The notes: generated by a model from the letters alone, not told the origin. A stretch of DNA of 64,000 bases from Nitrososphaerota archaeon (GCA_027886975.1 JAPCJK010000001.1:12892-76891), one strand, 5' to 3'. Shown: positions 17,307 to 25,375, counted from the stretch's first letter. Translations and numbers: made by a program.

Positions 17307-20057
17307 TTATTGCTTGATTGTAACGTAGTACATGTACGTCACTCCCTGTGCTGGTACGACTATGATTCCGAAGTTGAGGTTGCCAGAATTATCAATCCAG
17401 GAATAGACGGTGTTCGCCACGCTCCCCGGCCCGTAAGACTGTAGAAGGCTGGCCACTTTGTCCACGGTCTGGCTCGCTCCCGCCGCACTGAGTGATATGC
17501 TAGCCACGTTCACATATACCGTAGGGTTGACGGACGTGGCGTTGACCAGACGGTAGCCCTTCGACGCGATGAGCGCGTCTACCTGATGGACCAATGCCGT
17601 CCTGCTCGGAGTGGCTCCTGTCGTGGAATTGCTGGTTCCGAGGTTGTTGAAGGCAGCCGTGGCGTCGGCGCCCACGCCTACGACCCCTGTGGACGGGTTG
17701 ATTGCAGTCATGAAAGGTAGTTGCGTGACCACCCCGCTCGAGCCTGGGTTAGTGTAGACTGCAACGAAATAGGTGAGCGCTCCCCCGACAGAGTAAAGCA
17801 GGTATGAGCCGAACCTGTTGTTCGGAAGGAGTGTCAGCTGGGTCCGTACCTGCTGGTTGGTGGTGAGCGCGTTCTCCGCCGCCGTGGGGCCGATGATGAG
17901 CGCCGACTGTGAGGGATTCTGATAAAGATAGATTTGCCCGAGTCTGTCTCCGCCGTAGGCTATGTAGAGGGCCCCGAGGTTCTTGCTGACTACCCCTTGG
18001 TACTGGGCGAGCTGCAGGCCCACGAAGTAGGTCTTGTTCCCGACGGCGAATGGAATGTATTGTACGTTGCTGGCGCCAGCTCTTTCGTAGAACTGAGTGC
18101 CCGACCTGAAGATGAACGGGTCGTTCACGTGATAGATGAAGTTGTAGTCCAGCTGTCCAGGCACAGTGGGAGATCCTAGTAACTGCTCGGGGTACCTGAG
18201 CTGGGGGATAAGCCAAGAAGGAGGAGCCTTCCAGGTGCTATAGTAGCCCTGGTAGAACTTCGTGATGAAGTCCGTGCTGTTCACGCCCGTAGGCGATAGA
18301 AGGTTGGACACGGTGTACCCTTGCAAAGAGCCGTCCTGGATGTTGACCAGGACCACGCCGAAGAACCTGAGGTAGGGGCTGTCCGCGAAGCCCGATTGCA
18401 GTGGGTAGTCTATGTAGACCTGGACGGTGTAGTAGAGGTTCTTCCCATCGGACACGATGTATGCTGAGGGGTCCATCGTAAGACCGGGGATCAGCACGTC
18501 CCCGACCCTGGAGAAGATGTTCCTGTTCCACTGCATGTCGATCGGCTGGCCTGAGAAGGCGAAACCGAGCTGTCCCTCTGCGAATGTGAACCACATCGAC
18601 TTCTGCCAGCCGCTCAATGTATAGTCGACTGTTTTGGAATACGAAACGTTCTGAATCTCATTGTACCCGGGGACGTGGACGTAGACGTTTTGATTGAATC
18701 CATCCCCTTCTCCGTAGTAGATGGGAGGCTCTGACCTGATCCCGAAGGCGTTGGTTGGCGGTATCACCGACCCGTTGTGGGTGTTGATTACCAGGACCTT
18801 TGCAGCGTGGGTATAGATTAAATGCTGGCTGATCCAGTCTGCCGACGGGAAGACAGGGGTGGTGGGCGAAACCCAGTACTCCGTGCCGTTGTAGAAGACT
18901 ATCTCCGAGCTGGCAAGGCCCATCCAGTTGTACGCGCCGATTTCTTTCGTGTTCGTGACGGACGCCGCTTGCTGGTCCCATTGCCTGACGAGGTCAAGCG
19001 TCGTCCTGGGGTTGCTTGTTGGAAGGGTGGTGATATTGTTGACGTGGATGCTGTCGAGGCCCGCCGACCATCGGGTCACCGTGATCTGCTTCTGGGTCTG
19101 GGGGTACCATTGGTACGCGAGGAAGTTGTTGTTCCAGTTGAAGTAGTAAAATGCCCCAGCAGCCACCTGGGCTAGGAGGAGTATTGCGAGGAGCACAGCG
19201 AGCCCCTTGAAGATCCTGAGTCTCGTCGCGGTAATGTCCCTCCTAGAGAGAGCAACGATTCCCAGAAGAGAGAGAAGCAGGGCGCTCCAGACGATCCCGT
19301 AGACGTAAGGGGTTGCTATGTTCATCAGCCAGTAGGGAGCGCCCAAGATTGTCTCGAATAGGATAAGCGTAACCAGAGTGAGGAGGTTACCGAGCCAGAC
19401 GCCGCTCCGCCGAGTCGCGAGGTTGGCGAGGAGACGGATGAGGACCCTGAATCCGGCGATCAGGAGAAAAGCGGACAGGATGTAGACAATGACCGCGTAC
19501 TGAACGGTCAGAGTAGGCATTAGTCCGATTAGTCCAGAACCAGACGCCGGGGCCAACGGAAGGGTGAAGACCCTCGGCACATCGCTCCAGCTCCCCAAGC
19601 CCATGGACATCATCTGAACCGGGTTCATGATGGGGCCGAGGAATGGGAAGGCACCGAAGGTCGCGAAGGTGTAGAAGCCTATCGCCCACTTGACTGTCTG
19701 CCAAAGGCCCCAAAGCCAGATGTTCATCTTCTCGCTGGGCCTGTTCTCCCCCTCTGCCTCGTAGGGCCGCATAAGTCTGTAGACCACGGTGCCGAGCTTA
19801 CGGAGGTCGCTCCGCCCTGGTCGAGGATTGACAAGAAGGAGAGAGAACAGAGCAGCTGCGATGAAGGTGTTTTCGTGGTAGAATGTTATGCCGAACCAAT
19901 CGAGGCCGGCCTTCGCCGAAAATACGGACTCGGCGATGGCCCATCGGAGGAAGACCCAGGCGAGTGCCAGGACGACCGCGACAGCCAGAAGTGCGACGAC
20001 CAGGACGGCGAGCCATTTGGAGAGCCTTAGACGGTCGTTTCCCGCTTCTGATTCCAT
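17307..20057 (-). CDS. UPF0182 family large membrane protein
   Basis: 916 aa. About 7 N-terminal TM helices and a large extracytoplasmic domain. 'DWISQHLIYTH', 'EPPIYYGEG', 'LRYPEQLL' and 'SYLLYSVGGALTYFVAVY' parallel the UPF0182 motifs 'DWINRHTVYTH', 'PRIYFG', 'HLRYPEDLF' and 'LLYVEPVY' (recalled from memory). Confidence 0.68.
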   Translation of the reverse strand: MESEAGNDRLRLSKWLAVLVVALLAVAVVLALAWVFLRWAIAESVFSAKAGLDWFGITFYHENTFIAAALFSLLLVNPRPGRSDLRKLGTVVYRLMRPYEAEGENRPSEKMNIWLWGLWQTVKWAIGFYTFATFGAFPFLGPIMNPVQMMSMGLGSWSDVPRVFTLPLAPASGSGLIGLMPTLTVQYAVIVYILSAFLLIAGFRVLIRLLANLATRRSGVWLGNLLTLVTLILFETILGAPYWLMNIATPYVYGIVWSALLLSLLGIVALSRRDITATRLRIFKGLAVLLAILLLAQVAAGAFYYFNWNNNFLAYQWYPQTQKQITVTRWSAGLDSIHVNNITTLPTSNPRTTLDLVRQWDQQAASVTNTKEIGAYNWMGLASSEIVFYNGTEYWVSPTTPVFPSADWISQHLIYTHAAKVLVINTHNGSVIPPTNAFGIRSEPPIYYGEGDGFNQNVYVHVPGYNEIQNVSYSKTVDYTLSGWQKSMWFTFAEGQLGFAFSGQPIDMQWNRNIFSRVGDVLIPGLTMDPSAYIVSDGKNLYYTVQVYIDYPLQSGFADSPYLRFFGVVLVNIQDGSLQGYTVSNLLSPTGVNSTDFITKFYQGYYSTWKAPPSWLIPQLRYPEQLLGSPTVPGQLDYNFIYHVNDPFIFRSGTQFYERAGASNVQYIPFAVGNKTYFVGLQLAQYQGVVSKNLGALYIAYGGDRLGQIYLYQNPSQSALIIGPTAAENALTTNQQVRTQLTLLPNNRFGSYLLYSVGGALTYFVAVYTNPGSSGVVTQLPFMTAINPSTGVVGVGADATAAFNNLGTSNSTTGATPSRTALVHQVDALIASKGYRLVNATSVNPTVYVNVASISLSAAGASQTVDKVASLLQSYGPGSVANTVYSWIDNSGNLNFGIIVVPAQGVTYMYYVTIKQ

Positions 20058-20366
20058 CGTCGGGGCGCCCGAAGGCGGCTATTTAGTGTCTGCCGCGAGG
20101 GGAGGGCCAATCCGTGCATGAGACTCGCTAAGCCTCCAAAGTACGGGAAGCGTGAGTAATGGAGACTACAAATCAGTATTATGAATTCTTGCCAAGTCGG
20201 ACAGAAGGAGTTTCAGATTTCGGCAGGAAGTGAGATATCGCTCCAGCATCAAAGACTCCGAGAGAGAAAATGCTCCGCGTTGCGAGCGGCTGGATGAAAG
20301 TAGATTCTGGCTCCATCAAGCCAAAGAGGGAGTTGGCGCCACCATATCGAGGGTCGAGCGAATAGC

Positions 20367-22505
20367 ATGAAGCATTCGGAATCGCCTCCGCCAATATCCA
20401 AGGATAAGGCACGCCGACTGGGAGTTGGTGGCCGCTCAAGGCGCTGGATGTATCTTGTCTCTTTTCTTTTGGTAGGTTCCGTGGTTGCGATGGGAGGCGC
20501 GTATGGCGTCCTCAGTCACACTGGATCTTCAACATCAACAACTTCATCTTTTACAAACACGTCTTCATCTTCAATCAGTACTTCGATTAGTACCTCGATT
20601 AGCTCTTCGTCGGGTCTTCAAGCAACCTCGGTAAGACTGGTCTGTTCTCCGTCGCCTCAGATTGTGGGTGCTGGTTCCGATTGCATTGCCACGGTCAGCA
20701 ACTCTCCGGATGCTAGTCACGGGGCCGCCCCCTCCGGTAAGGTCGGGTTCACCAGTAGGTCAGAAGGGGGGTACGGAGCGATTACGTGTGCTCCTACAAC
20801 CGGTACTTTGGTCTGCAGCACGTTGTACACCCCTACGCTTGGTGCCGAAGGCAATCACACCTTGACCGCAATCTACGCCGGTGACTCGGGTCATCGTGGG
20901 AGCTCGGCAAGTATCGCCCTACAAGTCTCTAAGCGCCCGTCCTCCATCAACGTAAACTGCTCCCCCGAGGCCGTGCCCGTGAACACCAGGACCACGTGCA
21001 CTGCCATCGTCTCAGACACGGGTGGCGGAACTACTTTGGTGCCGTCGGGGGCCGTAGAATTCGCTGGGACCTCTTCGGGCAGCTTCAGCGTATCAGGATG
21101 TGCGCTCTCAGGAGGTTCTTGCTCTGTTGATTTTTTCCCGTTTCCTGGCAAGGAGGGACCAATTTCACTCTCCGTCGCCTATGGCGGCGACTCAGACCAC
21201 GTCCCAAGCAAGGGGCTAGGGACCAATGCTCTTACCGCGGTCGCGAGGCCGACGAGTGCCTCGGTCTCGTGTGTCCCTTCAATTGCTACGAGCGGATCTC
21301 AGGTATCGTGTAGAGCCACCGTCGAAGATTCTTTGAGCTCTGGCGTCCCGTTGGTACCGAAGGGAGATTTCAACTTCAGCACTTCTGGTAGCGGGAACTT
21401 TAGTCCGGCAACATGCTCGCTGGCACCTCTGACCTCACACAGCGCGGCCTGCCTAGTTCACTACGCCCCGGCTCTCGGCAACACAGCCTCCTCCCAACGA
21501 ATCGGGGGCAAGTACGGGGGAGATCCAGACCATTCCTCAGCATCTGCCACCACTTTCACCTTGCAGGTGAGGGCTCGGGCTGCCTCTCTATCGCTATCCT
21601 GCGCGAGCGCCTTGACGACGGTGAACACTCCTCTCAGCTGCACCGCCACGGTCTCGGATGCTTCCGGAACGTCTCCTCAAGCCCCAACCGGGGGAGTCAA
21701 CTTCGCGTCGACTGGTGCGGGGAGCTTCAGCCCAGCCACGTGCACTGTCCACTCTGGGACCTGCTCGTCCACCTATACCCCCCGGGCTGGAAGTGAGGGG
21801 AGCGCCACGATTACGTCAGTATACTCAGGGGACCCGAACTATGGGCCTAGCTCGGCGTCAATCGTAATCAGCGTGGATCAACGACTCAGCTCCACGACTC
21901 TCGATTGCGCCCCGTCCACGGTTCCAGTCAACGCTCCCACAATCTGCACCGCGACCGTTTCGGACTCCACCGGGGTGGGGACTTCGATAACCCCGTCGGG
22001 GCATGTGGAGTTCAGCTCCCGAGGCGGGTCCTTTGGCTCCGGAGATACTTGTACTCTCTCTGCGGGCGCATGTTCGGTGAAGTTTACTCCATCTCCAGGG
22101 AGCGAGGGAGCCTTATCTGTGGGCGCAAGCTACTCGGGAGACGTCGACCACTACGGCGGGACCGCAGCGCCAGTGGGCGTGACTGCGACAACGAGATCTG
22201 TAACCGTTTCAGTTGTCTGCGCTCCATCGTCAATCCTCCCCGCACAGAGCACAACCTGTACCGTGACTGTAACCGACTCCGACGGCGGGTCCCCCATCAT
22301 GCCGACAGGCAAAGTTCATTTCTCCGCAAACGTGAGCGGAACCTTTGCGCCCTCCACGGATTGCATTCTCTCAGGCGGGACCTGCTCAGTGTCCTACAGC
22401 ACCCTAGCCATCGGCACCCCGACCACTGTAGCCATCACAGCGACCTATGCGGGAGACACAGACCACAGTGGAGACTCGGATGTGGCGTACGTCCAGTTTG
22501 CTTAA
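20367..22505 (+). CDS. Surface protein: N-terminal anchor, Ser/Thr stalk, six tandem Ig-like (Big_3_5-type) domains
   Basis: 712 aa. Each repeat has the pattern C.P....V......C.ATV.D......P.G.V.F.....G.F....C.L..G.C.V.(F/Y).P..G.EG......Y.GD..H. Confidence 0.78.
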   Translation: MKHSESPPPISKDKARRLGVGGRSRRWMYLVSFLLVGSVVAMGGAYGVLSHTGSSTSTTSSFTNTSSSSISTSISTSISSSSGLQATSVRLVCSPSPQIVGAGSDCIATVSNSPDASHGAAPSGKVGFTSRSEGGYGAITCAPTTGTLVCSTLYTPTLGAEGNHTLTAIYAGDSGHRGSSASIALQVSKRPSSINVNCSPEAVPVNTRTTCTAIVSDTGGGTTLVPSGAVEFAGTSSGSFSVSGCALSGGSCSVDFFPFPGKEGPISLSVAYGGDSDHVPSKGLGTNALTAVARPTSASVSCVPSIATSGSQVSCRATVEDSLSSGVPLVPKGDFNFSTSGSGNFSPATCSLAPLTSHSAACLVHYAPALGNTASSQRIGGKYGGDPDHSSASATTFTLQVRARAASLSLSCASALTTVNTPLSCTATVSDASGTSPQAPTGGVNFASTGAGSFSPATCTVHSGTCSSTYTPRAGSEGSATITSVYSGDPNYGPSSASIVISVDQRLSSTTLDCAPSTVPVNAPTICTATVSDSTGVGTSITPSGHVEFSSRGGSFGSGDTCTLSAGACSVKFTPSPGSEGALSVGASYSGDVDHYGGTAAPVGVTATTRSVTVSVVCAPSSILPAQSTTCTVTVTDSDGGSPIMPTGKVHFSANVSGTFAPSTDCILSGGTCSVSYSTLAIGTPTTVAITATYAGDTDHSGDSDVAYVQFA
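20628..22502 (+). repeat. Six tandem coding repeats of about 100-106 codons each (Ig-like domains)
   Basis: Protein-level periodicity from residue 88 to the C-terminus. The repeats have diverged at the nucleotide level. The Ser/Thr stalk also holds a short 12-nt tandem, AGTAC(T/C)TCGATT x2, near 20577-20600. Confidence 0.75.
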
Positions 22506-22651
22506 TCTCGCTGAAGACCTTCGGACTTCGGCGGGAACGCATCTTCAAAAAAAATCGCGCGTCCCAATTCCACAACGCAATTAGCAACTGAGGCTCAAAC
22601 GAGCCGCGTCGTGCTTATAACGAGAAACACGCGGCCTGAGCCGACAGAGAT

Positions 22652-23056
22652 ATGCCCGGGAAAGGAACCAAAGCAGACCCCTGGGTCCTGAAGACTCCTC
22701 CTGGAACGTCGGAGTTCAAGGCATACCGAGACGAATCCTTGAATCCCCAAGCCCTGGTCTGCTGGGTCGGAAAGACACAGCTCAGCTACGACCTCCGCTG
22801 TTTGAACGACCTCCATGCCGCCCTCAAGAAACATGGCGACTGGATGGAACTCGGGAGTGCCGACGAGCAAAAGCCCGCCCGGGAGGGGACCGTCGAGGCC
22901 TGGGGGCGGTCGGCGAAGAATCCTGTGGGGGGCTGGTATGGTCTGAAGAAAGGCCTGCGCGGGAGGTTCGCCATGTACGTGCCTCCGGTCATGGAGGCCC
23001 TGAAGCTCGCAGAAGTCGAGCACAACCCGAAGAACAACCGGATGCGCGCTCTCTGA
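22652..23056 (+). CDS. Conserved protein of unknown function ('GGWYGLKKG.RGRF' family)
   Basis: 134 aa. 'DPWVLKTPPGTSEF..YRDE', 'GTVEAWGRSAKNPVGGWYGLKKGLRGRFAMYVPP' and 'NNRMRA' resemble a widespread bacterial DUF recalled from memory. It has its own TATA-like 'cttataa' about 32 nt upstream. Confidence 0.6.
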   Translation: MPGKGTKADPWVLKTPPGTSEFKAYRDESLNPQALVCWVGKTQLSYDLRCLNDLHAALKKHGDWMELGSADEQKPAREGTVEAWGRSAKNPVGGWYGLKKGLRGRFAMYVPPVMEALKLAEVEHNPKNNRMRAL

Positions 23057-23093
23057 AGTAAGACTGGCCGGACTTGCGAAATGCGGAACAACG

Positions 23094-23101
23094 TTAATTA
23101 A
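23094..23101 (+). promoter_or_regulatory. TATA-like box (ttaattaa) for the Ku-ligase-PolX operon
   Basis: A/T octamer about 30 nt upstream of TTG 23127. No SD-like purine tract lies between them, which fits a leaderless or short-leader archaeal promoter. Confidence 0.4.
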
Positions 23102-23126
23102 CTTACAGGCAGGTTTTGGACAGAAA

Positions 23127-23972
23127 TTGCCCAAGGGAGACATCTTCTCTGAGGTTGAGAAGCAGGCCGACAGCGCGGCCGTCTCAAAGGCTTCGTGGCG
23201 AGGGGTCCTCAGCCTGGACATCCCGACCCTGGGCCTCGGGGCCGTTGAGTACCACTTGAGAGCCGCGAAGGCCCACGGGGACCTCCAGCCTGTGAAGGTG
23301 ACGAAGTTGGACAAGAAGACGGGAAAGGAGGTCGTCAGCAGGGAGGTTCCGAGGATTTACAGGTACAAGGAGGGCCCTGCCGGGGAGAGGCTTGACATGC
23401 AGGAGGTAACTCCCGAGGAGGCAAAGAAGTTCGTCAGGTACAAGGGGGACTTTCCGATCACAGTTAAGACAGAGAAGAGGTACTTCCTGAAATACGAATT
23501 GGAATTCGAGGGGAAATTTATCGAGATCCCGCTGAGTCAGACATACGACAAGCAGGAGGGAGAGGAGGTCGAGCCCTTCGACAGGACAAAGAGGATCGAA
23601 GTAGAGAAGGATGGGTTTGTGCCGTTGGAGAGGGTTTCAGAGTACAAGTTCAAGGAAGTCTATCAGCTCGCCCCAGACACCGACAAAAAGGTCGGGGAGA
23701 CCGTTTCGAGAGTTACGCAGCTGGCCAGGTACCTGACGGAGAAACAGATGGCTCTCGTGGCGTTCTTCTCCTGGGGAAGGGGGTACAACTTCTACACGAG
23801 CGTCGTCTATCCCTACGAGAGGAAGGACGGACGCCTCTGGCTTCTGATGGGCATGAGTGAGGGAATACTGAAGCTCGACGATGCGTGGGCCCTTATTGAG
23901 GAAAAGGGTTCCGCCAGGCTGCCGGCCGTCCCAGTAGCTAAGAGGAAGGCCAAAGCCGTCATCTCGAAGTAG
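23127..23972 (+). CDS. ku: Ku-like DNA end-binding protein (highly divergent)
   Basis: 281 aa. 'SWRGVLSLDIPTLGLGAVEYHL' compares with bacterial Ku 'WKGSISFGLVNIPVKLY'. Later 'RIEVEKDGFVPLERVSEYKFKEVYQLAPD' and 'LARYLTEKQMALVAFFSWGRG...' follow the Ku core order 'I.I..FV....I.P.Y....Y.L.P' and 'AY.LL...L.....A.A....R'. The C-terminal tail is basic. It is directly coupled to a DNA ligase gene. Confidence 0.55.
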   Translation: MPKGDIFSEVEKQADSAAVSKASWRGVLSLDIPTLGLGAVEYHLRAAKAHGDLQPVKVTKLDKKTGKEVVSREVPRIYRYKEGPAGERLDMQEVTPEEAKKFVRYKGDFPITVKTEKRYFLKYELEFEGKFIEIPLSQTYDKQEGEEVEPFDRTKRIEVEKDGFVPLERVSEYKFKEVYQLAPDTDKKVGETVSRVTQLARYLTEKQMALVAFFSWGRGYNFYTSVVYPYERKDGRLWLLMGMSEGILKLDDAWALIEEKGSARLPAVPVAKRKAKAVISK

Positions 23973-23974
23973 AG

Positions 23975-24808
23975 ATGAGCGACGAGCTCCCGAACTACGT
24001 TCAGGATAACTATTCGAAGGCTGTCAAAATCGACCTGGGGACATGGCTCCTTGCCAACCCGCTCCCCGCTCTGTGCGAGCCGAAATTCGACGGGATCAGA
24101 GTGTTTCTCTTCAAGAGCGGGGACAAGCTTGTACTGTCGAGCAAGCACGGCGGGGTCTACACGCCGAAAGGGAGTCCAACTGTCTTCTCCAGGGTTCCCG
24201 AGTTCTTGCATGCACCCCACAAGATGATCCTCGACGGGGAATATGTAGCGAGAGAATCCAAAGGGTTGTTCCTTTTCGACGTCCTTCAGGTCGACAACAG
24301 GGACCTCAGGGCAAAGACCCTGACTGAAAGGAAGAAGGTCCTGAAAGAGATACTGAAGGGAACGGGGCTAGAGGTTCCCTACACCCTTGCCAAAACAACC
24401 GACAGCATCATCGCTGTACGCAACGAGATGGTGGAGAAAGGCAGGGAAGGAATCGTCGTCAAGAATCCCCTGTCGAAGTACGGCCAGAGGAACTCGTGGC
24501 TCAAACTGAAGCGTTTCGACACGGTCGATGTCTTCGTGATGAAGACGGTGGAGACTCAAGAGATGAAGAGGACTGGGATTGCAAGGTCATGGTCTGTGGG
24601 TGTCTATGACGATAACGGTCAAGTGGTGGAGCTGGGCGACGTAGGGTCCATGGTGGAAAGGGTAGACCCGAGACAGGTGAAGAAGGGGTCAGTCATCGAG
24701 GTGAGGTTCCAGGAGCTCACGAAGGACAAGAAGCTGCGCGCGCCGTTCATCGTAAGGATAAGGCATGACAAGACGCCGGACGAATGCCTGTACTCTCAGT
24801 TCGGATAG
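23975..24808 (+). CDS. Minimal ATP-dependent DNA ligase (adenylation + OB domains only)
   Basis: 277 aa. Motif I 'KFDGIR' (Lys codon 24083-24085), III 'ILDGEYV', IIIa 'LFLFDVL', IV 'EGIVVKN', V 'WLKLKR', VI 'LRAPFIVRIRHDK'. The ATG lies 2 nt after the Ku stop. Confidence 0.88.
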   Translation: MSDELPNYVQDNYSKAVKIDLGTWLLANPLPALCEPKFDGIRVFLFKSGDKLVLSSKHGGVYTPKGSPTVFSRVPEFLHAPHKMILDGEYVARESKGLFLFDVLQVDNRDLRAKTLTERKKVLKEILKGTGLEVPYTLAKTTDSIIAVRNEMVEKGREGIVVKNPLSKYGQRNSWLKLKRFDTVDVFVMKTVETQEMKRTGIARSWSVGVYDDNGQVVELGDVGSMVERVDPRQVKKGSVIEVRFQELTKDKKLRAPFIVRIRHDKTPDECLYSQFG

Positions 24809-24817
24809 GGGATTGAT

Positions 24818-25357
24818 GTGTCATACAAGAAAGACATCAAGCTGGAAGAGGCCGAAAAGATCGGACTAGACTTTCAGGAGAAGACGAAAGACCTCTACAA
24901 GAAATACCTACTCGCAGGAAGTATCAGGAGAAAGCAGCCCATCGTTCACGATATTGACTTCGCCGTGATTCCCAAAGGCATGAGTTTTGGTGCGTGGAAG
25001 GACAAGGTCTCGGAGAGGGTCCAGGAAATCGGAGGGATGGTAGTCACATTCGGCGAAGTCATCTCGAACTTCCGATACCGGGGGGTTCAGGTCAACCTGT
25101 TCATCTGTCTGAGCGACGGCGCCTGGGGAGTAACGCAGATGTGGGCAACAGGGCCGAAGGGTCACACCATTGGGATGACAATCAAGGCGAGAGACAAGGG
25201 ACTAATCATAAACTCCAAAGGGCTCTGGACTAGGGACGAACCGCCTAAGCTGATTCCGACGAGGACGGAGCAAGAAGTCGGAAGGATCCTTGACTGGAAG
25301 TACAAGCCGCCTGAAACGAGGGGAAAAGGCGGGAAACAAAAGCCATCTCCTCTGTGA
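24818..25357 (+). CDS. polX: Mini family-X DNA polymerase / Pol-beta-like nucleotidyltransferase (palm + thumb only)
   Basis: 179 aa, GTG start. 'LLAGSIRRKQPIVHDIDFAVIP' is the GS-x-RR...D-x-D NTase motif. 'WATGPKGHTIGMTIKARDKGLIINSKGLW...IPTRTEQEVGRILDWKYKPPETR' matches the PolX thumb and C-terminus. The size and layout resemble the 174-aa ASFV Pol X. Confidence 0.7.
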   Translation: MSYKKDIKLEEAEKIGLDFQEKTKDLYKKYLLAGSIRRKQPIVHDIDFAVIPKGMSFGAWKDKVSERVQEIGGMVVTFGEVISNFRYRGVQVNLFICLSDGAWGVTQMWATGPKGHTIGMTIKARDKGLIINSKGLWTRDEPPKLIPTRTEQEVGRILDWKYKPPETRGKGGKQKPSPL

Positions 25358-25375
25358 GGCCTAGCCTTCTTTCGA

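Noticed and set aside
20058-20366. The 309-nt spacer between UPF0182 and the Ig-repeat gene, considered as a possible ncRNA or small ORF (86-aa track ORF 20179..20439).
   Set aside because: I saw only short ORFs of no more than 24 codons in the plus frames, no convincing stem-loops, and the 86-aa ORF overlaps the surface-protein start. It is most simply a divergent promoter and 5' region.
22547-22554. An A8 run and a nearby small hairpin (22512-22530) after the Ig-repeat gene, considered as a transcription terminator.
   Set aside because: Archaeal terminators are oligo-T on the coding strand. Here the run is oligo-A on the strand of the upstream gene, no minus-strand gene ends there, and the hairpin is short and imperfect.
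22595-23314. A 239-aa minus-strand ORF spanning the DUF gene and the start of the Ku-like gene.
   Set aside because: Off-frame antisense composition (Pro/Arg/Ser-rich). Both plus-strand genes have TATA-like boxes and recognisable motifs.
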